Assembly: GCF_006345805.1 (NCBI RefSeq)
Contig: NC_043007.1
Location: 16,616,001 to 16,680,000 of the forward strand
DNA from: Octopus sinensis
Taxonomy: Eukaryota
DNA: 64,000 nucleotides
Direction of reading: 5' to 3'
Shown: piece after piece, positions 51,290 through 62,293 of the stretch
How the letters are laid out: the number at the start of each line of letters is the position of its first letter
Position numbering within the stretch: position 1 is the stretch's first letter
The notes under the pieces: generated by a model
The model's database searches: none
Told to the model about the DNA's origin: nothing
Seen by the model: only the letters and a program-made list of their open reading frames with translations
Made by a program: the position numbers and the translations under genes

Positions 51290-52775
51290 GTAAGTAGAAT
51301 AGGTCATTTTTTATTGATCCAGAAGAAAAAAAAAATTACACATATTTTGTCTACTTCTTATGTCTCTCTCTCTCTCTCTCTCTCTTTTTTTGTAATCATT
51401 CAACTGGTAGAAAAGTAGAAGCCTAGACTTGGTATTTTGTGATGTAATGGTTTTGCTTTTATGCAAATGCCTATTGGGAATCTTGCGATGTTGGCTTAAG
51501 ATTTTATTCTACCCTCACTGGTAAAATATGTACAGTAATATGTTGGGATTATAAAATTGAACCGTGCCCTTTAAAATATACACAAGCATAGCTGTGTGGT
51601 TAAGAAGCTTTGTGACCATCTTAGTTTTTCGGCTCAGTACCACTGCTTGGCATTTTGGGCAAGTGTCTTCCACTATAGCCCTAGGTCAACCAATGCCTTC
51701 TGAATGAATTTGGTAGACAAACTGTGTGTACGTATGTGTGTGTGTACGTGCACACACATGCTTGTATCTGTGCTTGCTCTTTCTACAACTGGTGTTGGTT
51801 TGTTTACATCCCCATAACTTAGTGCTTTGGCGAAAGATACCGATGGACTAAGTGCTAGACTTAAAAATAAATGCTAGGATTGATGTGTATAACTAAACCC
51901 TTCAAGTAGGTGCCCCAGCATGGCTGCAGTCCAATGACTGAAACGAGTAAAAAAAAAAAATAGATAAAAGAAATCACTGCTTCTTAAATGCATATGAAGC
52001 CCCCAGATTTATTGCTCCTATATTTCAATTTCACATTCCACTATAGACTAGAAACTCAATAATGCTTATCATGCATTAAAAAAAAAAAAGGAAAGAAAAG
52101 TTTTACGTCTGCTTTTTATGGTGGCATGGGTTAGATGAGCTGGATATACTTCCTGACACCATCTCTTATTTATTTCTATATAAAGTGCTTATGGCCCTGG
52201 TCTTCATAGTTTGAACACTGCTGATATGAACTCATGTGCTTGTGTACATTTACACTCATACAACAGAATTCTGTGCTGTTTTCTTTTACCAAAGCTTACA
52301 AAACATTGGCCAGCCTGAGGCTATACTAGAAGGCAATTTCTCCAAGATGCCATGCAATGAGAACACATCCAAAACCATGTGGTTGTGAAGTGTATGTGAA
52401 GTGTATGTCTTAATCTATCCTGGATTAACTTTTCCCCTTCATCCCTCCAGACCAATAAGATGAGTGCCAAGCATGTATTGAGGTTGATTTAATAAACTAT
52501 AATCCAGTCTTATGAAGGCATGTGGCCTCATGCCAATATGACAACATTTAATTATCAAAAGTAATTCAAACATTAATCAACAATGATGGTATCTTGTGTT
52601 GGCACAGAACCAAAGATCTGTGGTGGTGGTGGTGGAGCATAACTGAATAAAGGAAGGCCAATATATTATCAATACGTGATGTATTGATCCTATACTTGAA
52701 GTGATTGAAGACAACGTTGATGGTGACACGAACGAGTAGCTTGTATATTAATAATCTGTTTGTGTTATCTTTTAG

Positions 52776-52860
52776 TGAATGAAGAACAATGTTTGCATCA
52801 GATATACCTTGATGAGCAGTTTGGACCCATCAGAAGGTTTCCTGATGACGAGAAAAGAAA
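52776..52860 (+). CDS. CLASRP: CLASRP coding exon 5 (NEEQCLHQIYLDEQFGPIRRFPDDEKR-K), phase 1/2
   Basis: tttag|TG acceptor, AA|gttggt donor (the one that keeps frame with exon 6). Matches human SEEQCLYQIYIDE. Confidence 0.92.
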
Positions 52861-54584
52861 GTTGGTATATGATTTCACTGTTTTTCTTTCTATGTCTTAA
52901 TTTTATTTTATTTTTATTTTTTATGTTTTTTATATCCTATGCCAGTGCCGCCTTGACTAGCTTCTGTGCTGGTGGCACTTAAAAAGCCCCAACCGATCAA
53001 GGCCGCCACCAGCCTCCTCTGGCACCTGTGTTGGTGGCACGTAAAAAGCACCCACTACACTCACGGAGTGGTTGGCGTTAGGAAGGGCATCCAGCCGTAG
53101 AAACACTGCCAGATCAGACTGGAGCCTGGTGCAGCCTCCTGGCTTCCCAGACCCAGGTCGAACCATCTAACCCGTGCTAGCACGGAAAACGGACGTTAGA
53201 CGATGATGATGATATCTTGTGGGTAAATAAAAGTACCAGTTGAGTATTAGGACAATATCATCATCATATAACATCTGTTTTCCATGCTGGATTGGGTTGA
53301 ACAGTTTGGCCAGCTGGAGAGCTGTACCCTGCTCCAGTTGTATGTTTTGGTATGGTTTCCAGAGCTGAATGCCCTTCCTAATGCTAACTTCTCTACAGAA
53401 TGTATTGGGTACTTTCTATGTGACATCAGCACAGGTGCTTTTTACGTGGCACCGGCTTGGGTGCTTTTCATGTGGCACTGATACAAGTACGTTTTTTACA
53501 TGGCACTGGTACAGGTACTTTGTACATGGCACTGGTAATAGTATTGGCTAATCCTCTCCCCTTGGAATAGTTAGTCATACCCCTACATTAGAAATGATTT
53601 TAAAGTGGTGAGCTGGCAGACTTGTCAAACATCAGTTAAACTACCTTGTGGTTCTTGTTTCGAGTCTTATGTTCAGAGCTGAAATCCCTTCAGAATCAGT
53701 TTTGCCTTTCATTCTTTCAGGGTCAATAAAATCAAGTACTTGTCAAGGATTGAGTGCTGATGTAATTCACCTTCCTCATCCTCCAAATTTCTGGCCTTGG
53801 GTCTTCTATACTAGAAACAACTATTAATGTTATTTTGAGCCGGCAGAATTGTCAGTATGCCAGAGAAAATTGAATTTCGTCTGTTTTTATGCTCTTGGCT
53901 CAGATTCTGTTGAACCCTGATTCTCCAACCCCGTCTATCCTAAAATTGCAGACATTGTGCCAAAATTTGAAGATATTGTTGTTATTATTTAACACAGTAG
54001 AATTGTTAACTCACTGGGCAAAATACTTAGTGGCTTCTTATCTGTGTGTGTTTTCTGAGTTCAAATTCCATTGAGGTCGACTTATCCTATCCTCCTTTCG
54101 GGGTTGATGTAATCAACTCACCCCTCCCCTGAAATTGCTGACCCTGTGTCAAAAGTTGAAGCTATTATTATTATTATTATTCCAAGGTGGCAAGCTGGCA
54201 GAAACGTTAGCATGCTGGGCGAAATGCGTAGCCGTATTTCGTCTGCCATTACATTCTGAGTTCAAATTCTACCGAGGTCGACTTTGCCTTTCATCCTTAC
54301 GGAGTCCATAAATTTAGCACCAGTTGCGCACTGGGGTCGATGTAATCGACTTAATCCGTTTGTCTGTCCTTGTTTGTCCTCTCTGTGTTTAGCCCCTTGT
54401 GGGTAGTAAAGAAATAGGTATTTCATCTGTCTTCACATTCTGAGTACAAATGCTGCCAGGGTTGATAAATTAAAGTACAAGTTACGCACTGGGGTCAATG
54501 TAATCAACTGGCCCCCTCCCCCAAAATTTAAGACCTTGTGCCTATAATAGAAAGGATTATTATTATTATTATTATTGAGTGAGA

Positions 54585-55080
54585 GAGCAGTTCATGCCAT
54601 CAAAGTGACACTGGGGTAAAATATACGAAGCCCAGTATACCCATTGTGACTACCCGTCTGATAAGGGTACGCTAGACACATGCATCACAACCATATGTAA
54701 GCGACATGGTGATCTCATATCAAGATAAACAGCACATGACCTTGCAGGTGGGGCCCAGTTAGAAATTTCTTCAGGTTGAGTAGCCCATTCCGCTCAAAAG
54801 GTCCCTGAATAAGGGTTGTTTAAGGATGTTGAAAGAACCACCCATGTTTCCAGAGGTGAATTATTCAAACCCCAAAGAATCCCTCTCAACACACAGCTAT
54901 GATGCTCCCCCACTACTTCTGCTCGTGATCAGAGATGCACATATCGTCAGCCATTAAGGGACATGCTCAACTGGTTACGGTCAAACAACTGACAAGCAAA
55001 TCTGTGGTATTGAGCAGAATATTTGCGGTAGCCCATCTTTTTTACCAAGACAAAACAATGTACATGATAAGACTTCTAAT
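54585..55080 (+). mobile_element. ~500 bp dispersed repeat of unknown class, flanked by (ATT)n. Partial copies at ~27115-27240 and ~36527-36797
   Basis: Shared CATCAAAGTGACACTG...GATAAGGGTAC...TTATTCAAACCCCAAAGAATCCCTCTCAAC. Confidence 0.7.
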
Positions 55081-56324
55081 ATTATTATTATTATTATTAT
55101 TATTTTAAGGATAGTGGGTGGTAAACAAGCTGTAATAGGAGTCTTCCTGTTTTAAACTTCGTGTCTCTCTCTTCAATTGATTTTTTATCCTACATGCTTT
55201 TGAAGTTGCTAAAGTAAAAATCAATGATTCACAGATGAGACAGATGACTGCTTATGTATAAGGAGGAGGAGGAGGAGGAGAAATGGTGCAGGCCCTCCTT
55301 AGCTGATGAGATTGACGTGGTTAAGCCTGTTTTGGTTTACAAGGGAAAAACTTTGGAAGGCAGGAAACCCAATGGGTTGCCTCTTTTGGGAAGAAGTGAT
55401 TGGATGGTGTATTTTGACTAATATCTAAGAGAACAAGACACAGTTAGGGGTACAAAGGGATGGATGGAGAGAATGTCCAGTTGATTGTGATTAATTCAGG
55501 GGAGCAGGTTTACACATGTTATCTCACAAAACTGATAGAGCCTATACATGTTGCTAGAAATAGCAGCTAAATCTTCCTGAAATCACACTGCCATCTTAAA
55601 AACAAACAAAAAAAAGTAATCCTGTTATGTCGTCTTAAGTTCTCTGAACATATGGAAAAGACAGGATGGCCATGGCGACAATAGTCCGTTACATCGTGGC
55701 TGGTCTGGGGTCTTAGCAGCAACAACAAACAGAAACATATAAAAGCTATTGAAAATGCTTTTATATGGTCATTGAAGCTCATATTATATCCTACTGTCTT
55801 TTAAAAAATACTCAGGAATATAGTCTTGGGAGGGACAGACATGACAATCTTGAGAGGACAAAAAGACATGGTCATAATGAAGAATGCCTTTTATTAAAAC
55901 TTGTGCTAACCAACCACTACCACCACCACTACCTATCAAAATAATTTGCCTTCATGTCTATGTGATTGTACAGCCAAACCAGTTTTGTTATTTCGACCAA
56001 GGAGTGTTTTCATTTTAAATCAATGCGTCAGTTTTACGTAAGCGATGTTTTTTTTTTATTTCTCCCCATTTATCTCCCCTTATTACGCGGTACTGTAAAG
56101 TGAAACTACTTAAACTGTAAACAACTGTGACGAAGAACGTGCTACCAGAGAAGCCAGGAGTTGTTTTGCTTAGGGAAAAGACACGTGTTGTCTTTATTCT
56201 GTACCAAAGTCTTGTAGAATTTCAAATAATATCATCATCACTGGATTTTGATTTTGTTGAGGCAGATGGGCTATTAGAAGGCTTAAAACACATTTTGGAA
56301 TAAAGATTATATTCTATGCCTGTA

Positions 56325-56720
56325 TGGTGAGCTGGCAGAAACGTTAGCATGCCGGGCGAAATGCTTAGCAGTATTTCGTCTGCTGCTACGTTCTGAGTTC
56401 AAATTTCGCCGAAGTCGACTTTGTCGATTAAATAAGTACCAGTTACGCACTGGGGTCGATATAATCGACTTAATCCGTTTGTCTGTCCTTGTTTGTCCCC
56501 TCTGTGTGTAGCCCCTTGTAGGTAGTAAAGAAATAGGTATTTCGTCTGCCGTTACGTTCGGAGTTCAAATTTCGCCAAGGTTGACTTTACCTTTCATCCT
56601 TTCGGGGTCGATTAAATAAGTACCAGTTATGCACTGGAGTCGATATAATCGACTTAATCCGTTTGTCTGTCCTTGTTTGTCCTCTCTGTGTTTAGTCCCT
56701 TGTGGGTAGTAAAGAAATAA
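56325..56720 (+). mobile_element. tRNA-SINE dimer 105 bp upstream of exon 6
   Basis: Second unit starts GGTATTTCGTCTG at 56536. Confidence 0.9.
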
Positions 56721-56824
56721 GATATCAAATAGCATGAGTAGATATCGATATGTTTTTGTCTCAGGTTATATAACTCTGGTATTAAGTGTAATGCAGTGAT
56801 GATTTTTTATTTATATTTCTTTAG

Positions 56825-56940
56825 GTTGGCTGATAAAAAAGCTGCTATTGGTTTCACCTATGAAGATAGTAATGCACCAATTGTTCGAGAGGAGGAAGAG
56901 GATGACAGCAGTGATACAGATGTGGAAACAGCTGATCTGG
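56825..56940 (+). CDS. CLASRP: CLASRP coding exon 6 (LADKKAAIGFTYEDSNAPIVREEEEDDSSDTDVETADL-D), phase 2/1
   Basis: tttag|G acceptor, G|gtaagt donor. Matches human LAEKKASIGYTYEDS followed by an acidic tract. Confidence 0.95.
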
Positions 56941-57834
56941 GTAAGTCCTCCTTCACCCTCTCTCTTTCGCTCACCTGTGTTTCTCCCTATCTCACTCTCT
57001 TTGTCGCTCTCTCTCTCTCTCTCTCTTGTACATATAGTTCTTTCACTAGAAGTTAGAATGTTTTCATATTTCACAACTAAATAAGTCATCATGTTCGTTT
57101 AACGTCCGTTTTCCATGCTAGCATGGGTTGGATGGTTCGACCGGGGTCTGGGAAGCCAGGAGGCTGCACCAGGCTCCAGTCTGATCTGGCTGTGTTTCTA
57201 CAGCTGGATGCCCTTCCTAACTCCAACCACTCCATGAGTGTAGTGAGTGCTTTTTACCTGCCACCGGCACAGGTGCCAGCTTCAGTATATTTAATGCATG
57301 GAATCTCTAAAACTAACTAGAAATGAAAAGGCACTAAAAAAAAGAAAATTAATCAGTGATTGTTAATATTTTAATTTTTCTTATCCACTCGCCTTAGATA
57401 GCTGGCCTTTAGTTAAAATTTTAAGCCATAATTTTAATTTTTCTTGCAAGTATGGGAGGTAACTCTAGACTGCTTTTACTAATATTCTGACCACCCCAAC
57501 GAAGCATGGACCTTGGTGTTGCCGTCAAAGTAGTTATGAACGAAGTAAATATACAAGATTGTAACATCTATTGATGTATGAAAATAGAAAGCAATCCAGC
57601 AGTATGTGACTTCTTTTCAAATGGGAGAGATTTCACACTTTTCTGTTCAACTACTTTAAAATATGGCAGTGCTCCAGCATGGCCACAGTCAAATAATTGA
57701 AACAAGTAAAAGAATAAAAGAATATAGAATCATGCTGGATTGCTGGTTGAAAGATCAAAATAGTTAAACCTAATGTTAGGTTCTGGCTCTTGGGTGAGAT
57801 ACATTTTTTTGTTTTCCACTAGCTCTCTTATATA

Positions 57835-58062
57835 TATTTCTTTACTGCCCACAATGGGCTAAACATAGAGGGGACAAACAAGGACAAAGGGATTAAGTCG
57901 ATTACATTGACACCAGTGCGAAACTGGTACTTAATTTATCGACCCCGATAGGACGAAAGGCAAAGTCGACCTTGGCGGAATTTGAACTCAGAACGTAAAG
58001 ACAGACGAAATACCACTAAGCATTTCGCCCGGCGTGCTAACGTTTCTGCCAGCTTGCCACCT
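57835..58062 (-). mobile_element. Full-length tRNA-SINE, antisense, in intron 6
   Basis: Reverse complement of the 43100 family. Confidence 0.9.
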
Positions 58063-58243
58063 TGACATCTTGGCCTAGTGAGACAATTTTGAAATCACAT
58101 TGTTAAAGATAGAACATCTTCCCAGATAATGCTACATCACCTTTAATCATACTTTATACCATATTTCATTAAGTTTGTGTCTTAATATTTTTTTTATCAA
58201 ATGTTCTTTTCTGTATGGTTTTTCTCTCTCATTGTTTTACTAG

Positions 58244-58340
58244 ATGTCACTCTCGATGTTGATGCCCTCACACCCGACCAGCTAAAGATACTAAACCAAT
58301 GTGCACAACACTATGGTATGCATGATGATGATTATGTCAG
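58244..58340 (+). CDS. CLASRP: CLASRP coding exon 7 (VTLDVDALTPDQLKILNQCAQHYGMHDDDYV-R), phase 1/2
   Basis: tactag|AT acceptor, AG|gtaagc donor. Matches human DVEVDVDELNQEQ...YGMADGDFV. Confidence 0.94.
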
Positions 58341-59383
58341 GTAAGCACTTTCTTCCAGCAACTTCTCTTTTTAGCATGCAAGAGCATTAAATTCATATTA
58401 AGATCTCGTTATGCAATGAGAAAAAATTACATGAATCATCATCTCCATTTTTCCACACTTTCATGAATAAAATTGGATAAAATTTGTTGAAGTGTATTTT
58501 CTATAGCCAGATGCTCTTCCTCTCACCAACACGTACCTGTTTCCAGGTAAGGTAATATTTCCCCATGATCAGATGTCTTTTTATGGAAGATTGGAAATGA
58601 AGGGCATTGCTTGCTTGATGGTAACACTCAGTTACAACATTTACAATGTCAAGGCAAAGAGACAGTAAAACACACACACACACACGATGCATTTCAGGTT
58701 TTGTTTATCAATCTCACTCAGAAGGATTTGGTTGACCTGAGGCTGTGGTAGGTGCTAGATAGTGGTGCTGTCTCAAAACCATATATGAAAGACAATTCCA
58801 GACATATTCTGTCCTATGATAACCTCATCAACAGGCTTAAACTTCTGCATACTTATTAAAAACTTCCAACCATACTTCTGTTGGTTGTAAGTTCATATTT
58901 TGATACAGTTATTATGTTCTGCATCCGAACAAGACTTCTTTTTCAGTTGAAGTAACTAGCATTCTACTTCACAGTTGAGAAGTTCGTAATATGTGAAGCA
59001 TCTCTGTGTATTAAGCTAGGATTTATCTTTGAGTAAAACATTTAATAATAGGCCATCATGCTGGATATCTTACAACATTTAAATATATTCATCAACACAT
59101 CATCGTTATCATTTAACATGTTTTCTATTCTGGCATGGATTGGACAATTTGACCAGAACTGCACCAAGTGTCAGTCTGATTTGGCTTGGTTTCTACAGCT
59201 CAATGCCTTTCTTGATGCCATCCACTTTACAGAGTGTGTTGGGTACTTTCTACATGGTACTGACCTGGGCTTAAACCTCCACTGAGTGATGTCTTCATGT
59301 TACTAATTAATGTACTAAAGATATTTTAAAAGCATCTTGCCTCTACAAAAATGTTCTACCTTCTCTTTGTATTGTTTCTAAAG

Positions 59384-59462
59384 ATATTTACGTAAAGACA
59401 AAGAAGAACTCGAAGCACTAAGACAAGCCAAATTGTTAGAAGAAGAAAAGGCCCAGTTTGCT
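59384..59462 (+). CDS. CLASRP: CLASRP coding exon 8 (YLRKDKEELEALRQAKLLEEEKAQFA), phase 2/0
   Basis: ctaaag|A acceptor, GCT|gtgagt donor. Matches human LRKDKEEAEAIKHAKALEEEKAMYS. Confidence 0.95.
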
Positions 59463-59874
59463 GTGAGTAAATTTTATATGTTTTTGTTTAACCCTAGATC
59501 GGCCTGATCCAGACGTTCTAGTTGTGACCATCCTGCCTCGATTTTTTCTTTTTATTTTGCTTGCAAGCATAATGTATCATAGACTTACACTATCTATTAT
59601 CATCATTTAACATCCATGTTTTGTGCAGGCATGGATCAGACAATTTAACTGGATCCAGTGGATCCATCATGCTCCAGTGTCTGCTTTGGCATGGTTTCTA
59701 TGGCTGGATGCACTGCCTAGCACCAACCATTCTACAGCATGTACTGGGTGCCTTTTTGTGCCACCAGCACTAGTGAGGTCGGCATGCAACTGGCAAAACT
59801 ACAAACCCCAAGGGCAGGGTAAGGTCAGCTTTATGCTAGATGATGAGGGGTTATTGTGGTATTCCATTTTACAG

Positions 59875-60195
59875 AGGGTGCTTGGCTTAGTGGTTAGTTT
59901 ATTCAACTCAAGATTATAAGGTCATAGGTTCAATGCCTGATGATACATTGTGTCCTTGAGCAAGACACTTTATTTCATGTTGTTCCACTCCACTCAGCTG
60001 GTAGAAATGAGTTGTACTTGTATTTCAAAGGGCCAGCCTTGTCACATTCTGTTTCACACTGAATCTCTCTCAGAACTATGTTGAGGGTACGTGTGTCTGT
60101 GGAGTACTCAGCCACTTGCCTGTTAATTTCACGAGCAGGCTGCTCCGATGATCAGATCAATTGGGACCCTCATCGTCGTAACCGACAGAGCTAGT
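59875..60195 (+). mobile_element. tRNA-headed SINE with a distinct 3' body
   Basis: TGGCTTAGTGGTTAG, GGTTCAATGCC, CCTTGAGCAAGACAC, then TATTTCAAAGGGCCAGCCTTGTCAC...CATCGTCGTAACCGAC. Confidence 0.7.
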
Positions 60196-61374
60196 ACCAT
60201 TTTGCAGAGGGGTAGTGAGGGAAATTTTGTTTTCTATTTCTGGCAGGTCAAACGACCACATAGAGATTTCCTTGTTAGCTCATGAATTTTTCATATGTGA
60301 TCCTTTTTAATGCTACTGACAATAATAAAAATTCACAACTCCAGCTTAGTTTCCATCACCAACCGTTTGATCATTGCAGTAGTTTATTGAAGAATTGGAA
60401 CAACTCATTTTGAGAGTAAGATTCTCCTTTTAGATAATGCTCCATCTTGGCCTTAGCTGTGGTGGCTGAAACAAACTAAAGAACAAATTAAATATAAGCT
60501 AACATAGTTAATGCACTCCCCCCCCACCACCACCACCACCACAAAAAATTAATATAATTACATATGTGGTGAGAAAAAGTCATTAACTTCCTCAAATCCC
60601 GAAATAGAAAAAAAGGTGGGGAGACAACTCTAATTTCAGATTAATTGAAAACTGAGAAAGAGTATGTTACCAACCCGGCTGAAACCGGCTCTGGATCTGT
60701 ACTACAAATGTTTCATTTTCATAAGTTTTGAATTGAAATTTTCCACCAAACATTAGTCACAAGTTATGTTCCTAACACTAGCTTAATGATAACTAAGTTA
60801 TTTTACTAAATTCTTTGTTATATTTAAAATAATTGAAAGAAACTCAGAGCATCTCAAAATAAAAACGGTAACGAAAGGGTTAAGTGGAGACCGATTTTGA
60901 TGTTGGGCGACTATGCTGACAACTGTAAATACGTTTTTCGTGCACAAAGATATCTCTTTAAATTTTGGGGCTTGTCCATGTTCATTCACTGAAAATTTTT
61001 TTATCTCCTGGTCAGATAGGATCTAGTAATCTGGAAACATGGCAAGGCTGTGATGTCTCTTTGGAGAGCATATAATAAAACCAAAGCATGTATAGTGCTG
61101 TCAGCAAGCTTGCCTAAGAATGGACTTACACCTGCCTCTATTCAGATTTTGGTCAAGATACCCAACTCACCTAACTCGGTTTAGTTTGCATGATTGAACA
61201 AACTTTGAGTTCCATCAAGTACAGCCTGAAATTTGCATGGAAGGATATGATCCAACCATGAAATTAATTGCAACTTTGAGGCACAGATTTGTCTAAAGAC
61301 ACCGTACCGTGCCCATTCTGTATTGCCATAACCATTTCAGGTCTTATTTTATTTCACATGCTCTTCTTTTTTAG

Positions 61375-61448
61375 GGTCGCAAATCCCGACGAGAAAGAAG
61401 AGCTTATAAAGAGAAAAAACTTCAAGGAAGGAAAATAAGCCCACCAAG
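61375..61448 (+). CDS. CLASRP: CLASRP coding exon 9 (GRKSRRERRAYKEKKLQGRKISPP-S), phase 0/2
   Basis: tttag|GGT acceptor, AG|gtaatt donor. Matches human GRRSRRQRREFREKRLRGRKISPPS. Confidence 0.95.
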
Positions 61449-61624
61449 GTAATTTACTTTTCTAGTGTCTATAAAGTTGGTAACTTTTCAAAATATTTTA
61501 ATATTATAATCTGATGAAATATTGTCTCTGACTGGCCCTCATATAATTTAATGGTTTGTATGTAATTGAGACAAATAATTTGATTTGTAGATTTTAACAT
61601 TGCTTTTTGAGTTAGGTGCTTCAC

Positions 61625-61835
61625 TTCTTGACTTGACTTGATTTGACAGAATTCACCCGGGGTGGGTTGAGCTGGCTTCATTCATCCTCAATGCTGCATC
61701 TCTCACAAATGCCGACCAGGCCTGGCGATTTGAGGCTAACGACCGCGTGATCTCCAGCCACTCCTTATTCCAGCGGCAAACGCCATAGATATGGGGGCCT
61801 AGGTTGGGTTCCAGATCAGCCTTGACTGTCATCAG
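61625..61835 (-). mobile_element. Young RTE LINE 3' fragment with (CAAGT)n tail, antisense in intron 9
   Basis: Uninterrupted MTVKADLEPNLGPHIYGVCRWNKEWLEITRSLASNRQAWSAFVRDAALRMNEASSTHPG* followed by GTCAAATCAAGTCAAGTCAAG. CpG-rich. Confidence 0.75.
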
Positions 61836-62251
61836 TCAATTATAAAGTTATAAATTTTGATATTGCCGAAAATATTATGCGTTGTCATTGAGAAAGGCCC
61901 CCAAGCTCTGCTTGGCTCAGTTTGTCTTACTGAACAAAAACAGTCCACTGCTAAATTCTTTAAGTGGAGTGTGTAAGGACAAGACTGACACACAAGAGTT
62001 GAAAGTGGAGGTGAAAAAGTGCTTCAGCGACACATTGGGATTGTGTAAACTGACAAGAAACTTTGATGTGAGCGGTGAATGAAGTCCATAGTCAGGCAGT
62101 TGACTTGATAAGAAGTTTATTTTGCTTCTTATATATTTTGGACAGTAGTTTTAATAAAACATAGTGTAGATTTCATTGAGCATTAGAATTTGATTTTGGT
62201 ATATTACATAATGCTGATCCCTTAAAATATATTTTAAACCTATTTTTTCAG

Positions 62252-62293
62252 CTATGCAGCTAGAGCCAGTCCAAAATATGAACCATATAAACG
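62252..62293 (+). CDS. CLASRP: CLASRP coding exon 10 (YAARASPKYEPYK-R), phase 2/2; gene continues beyond the window
   Basis: tttcag|C acceptor, CG|gtaaga donor. Matches human SYARRDSPTYDPYKR. Confidence 0.92.

Noticed and set aside
52842-52860. CTGATGA...GAAA hammerhead core
   Set aside because: Lies in coding exon 5 (PDDEKRK) with no supporting stems.
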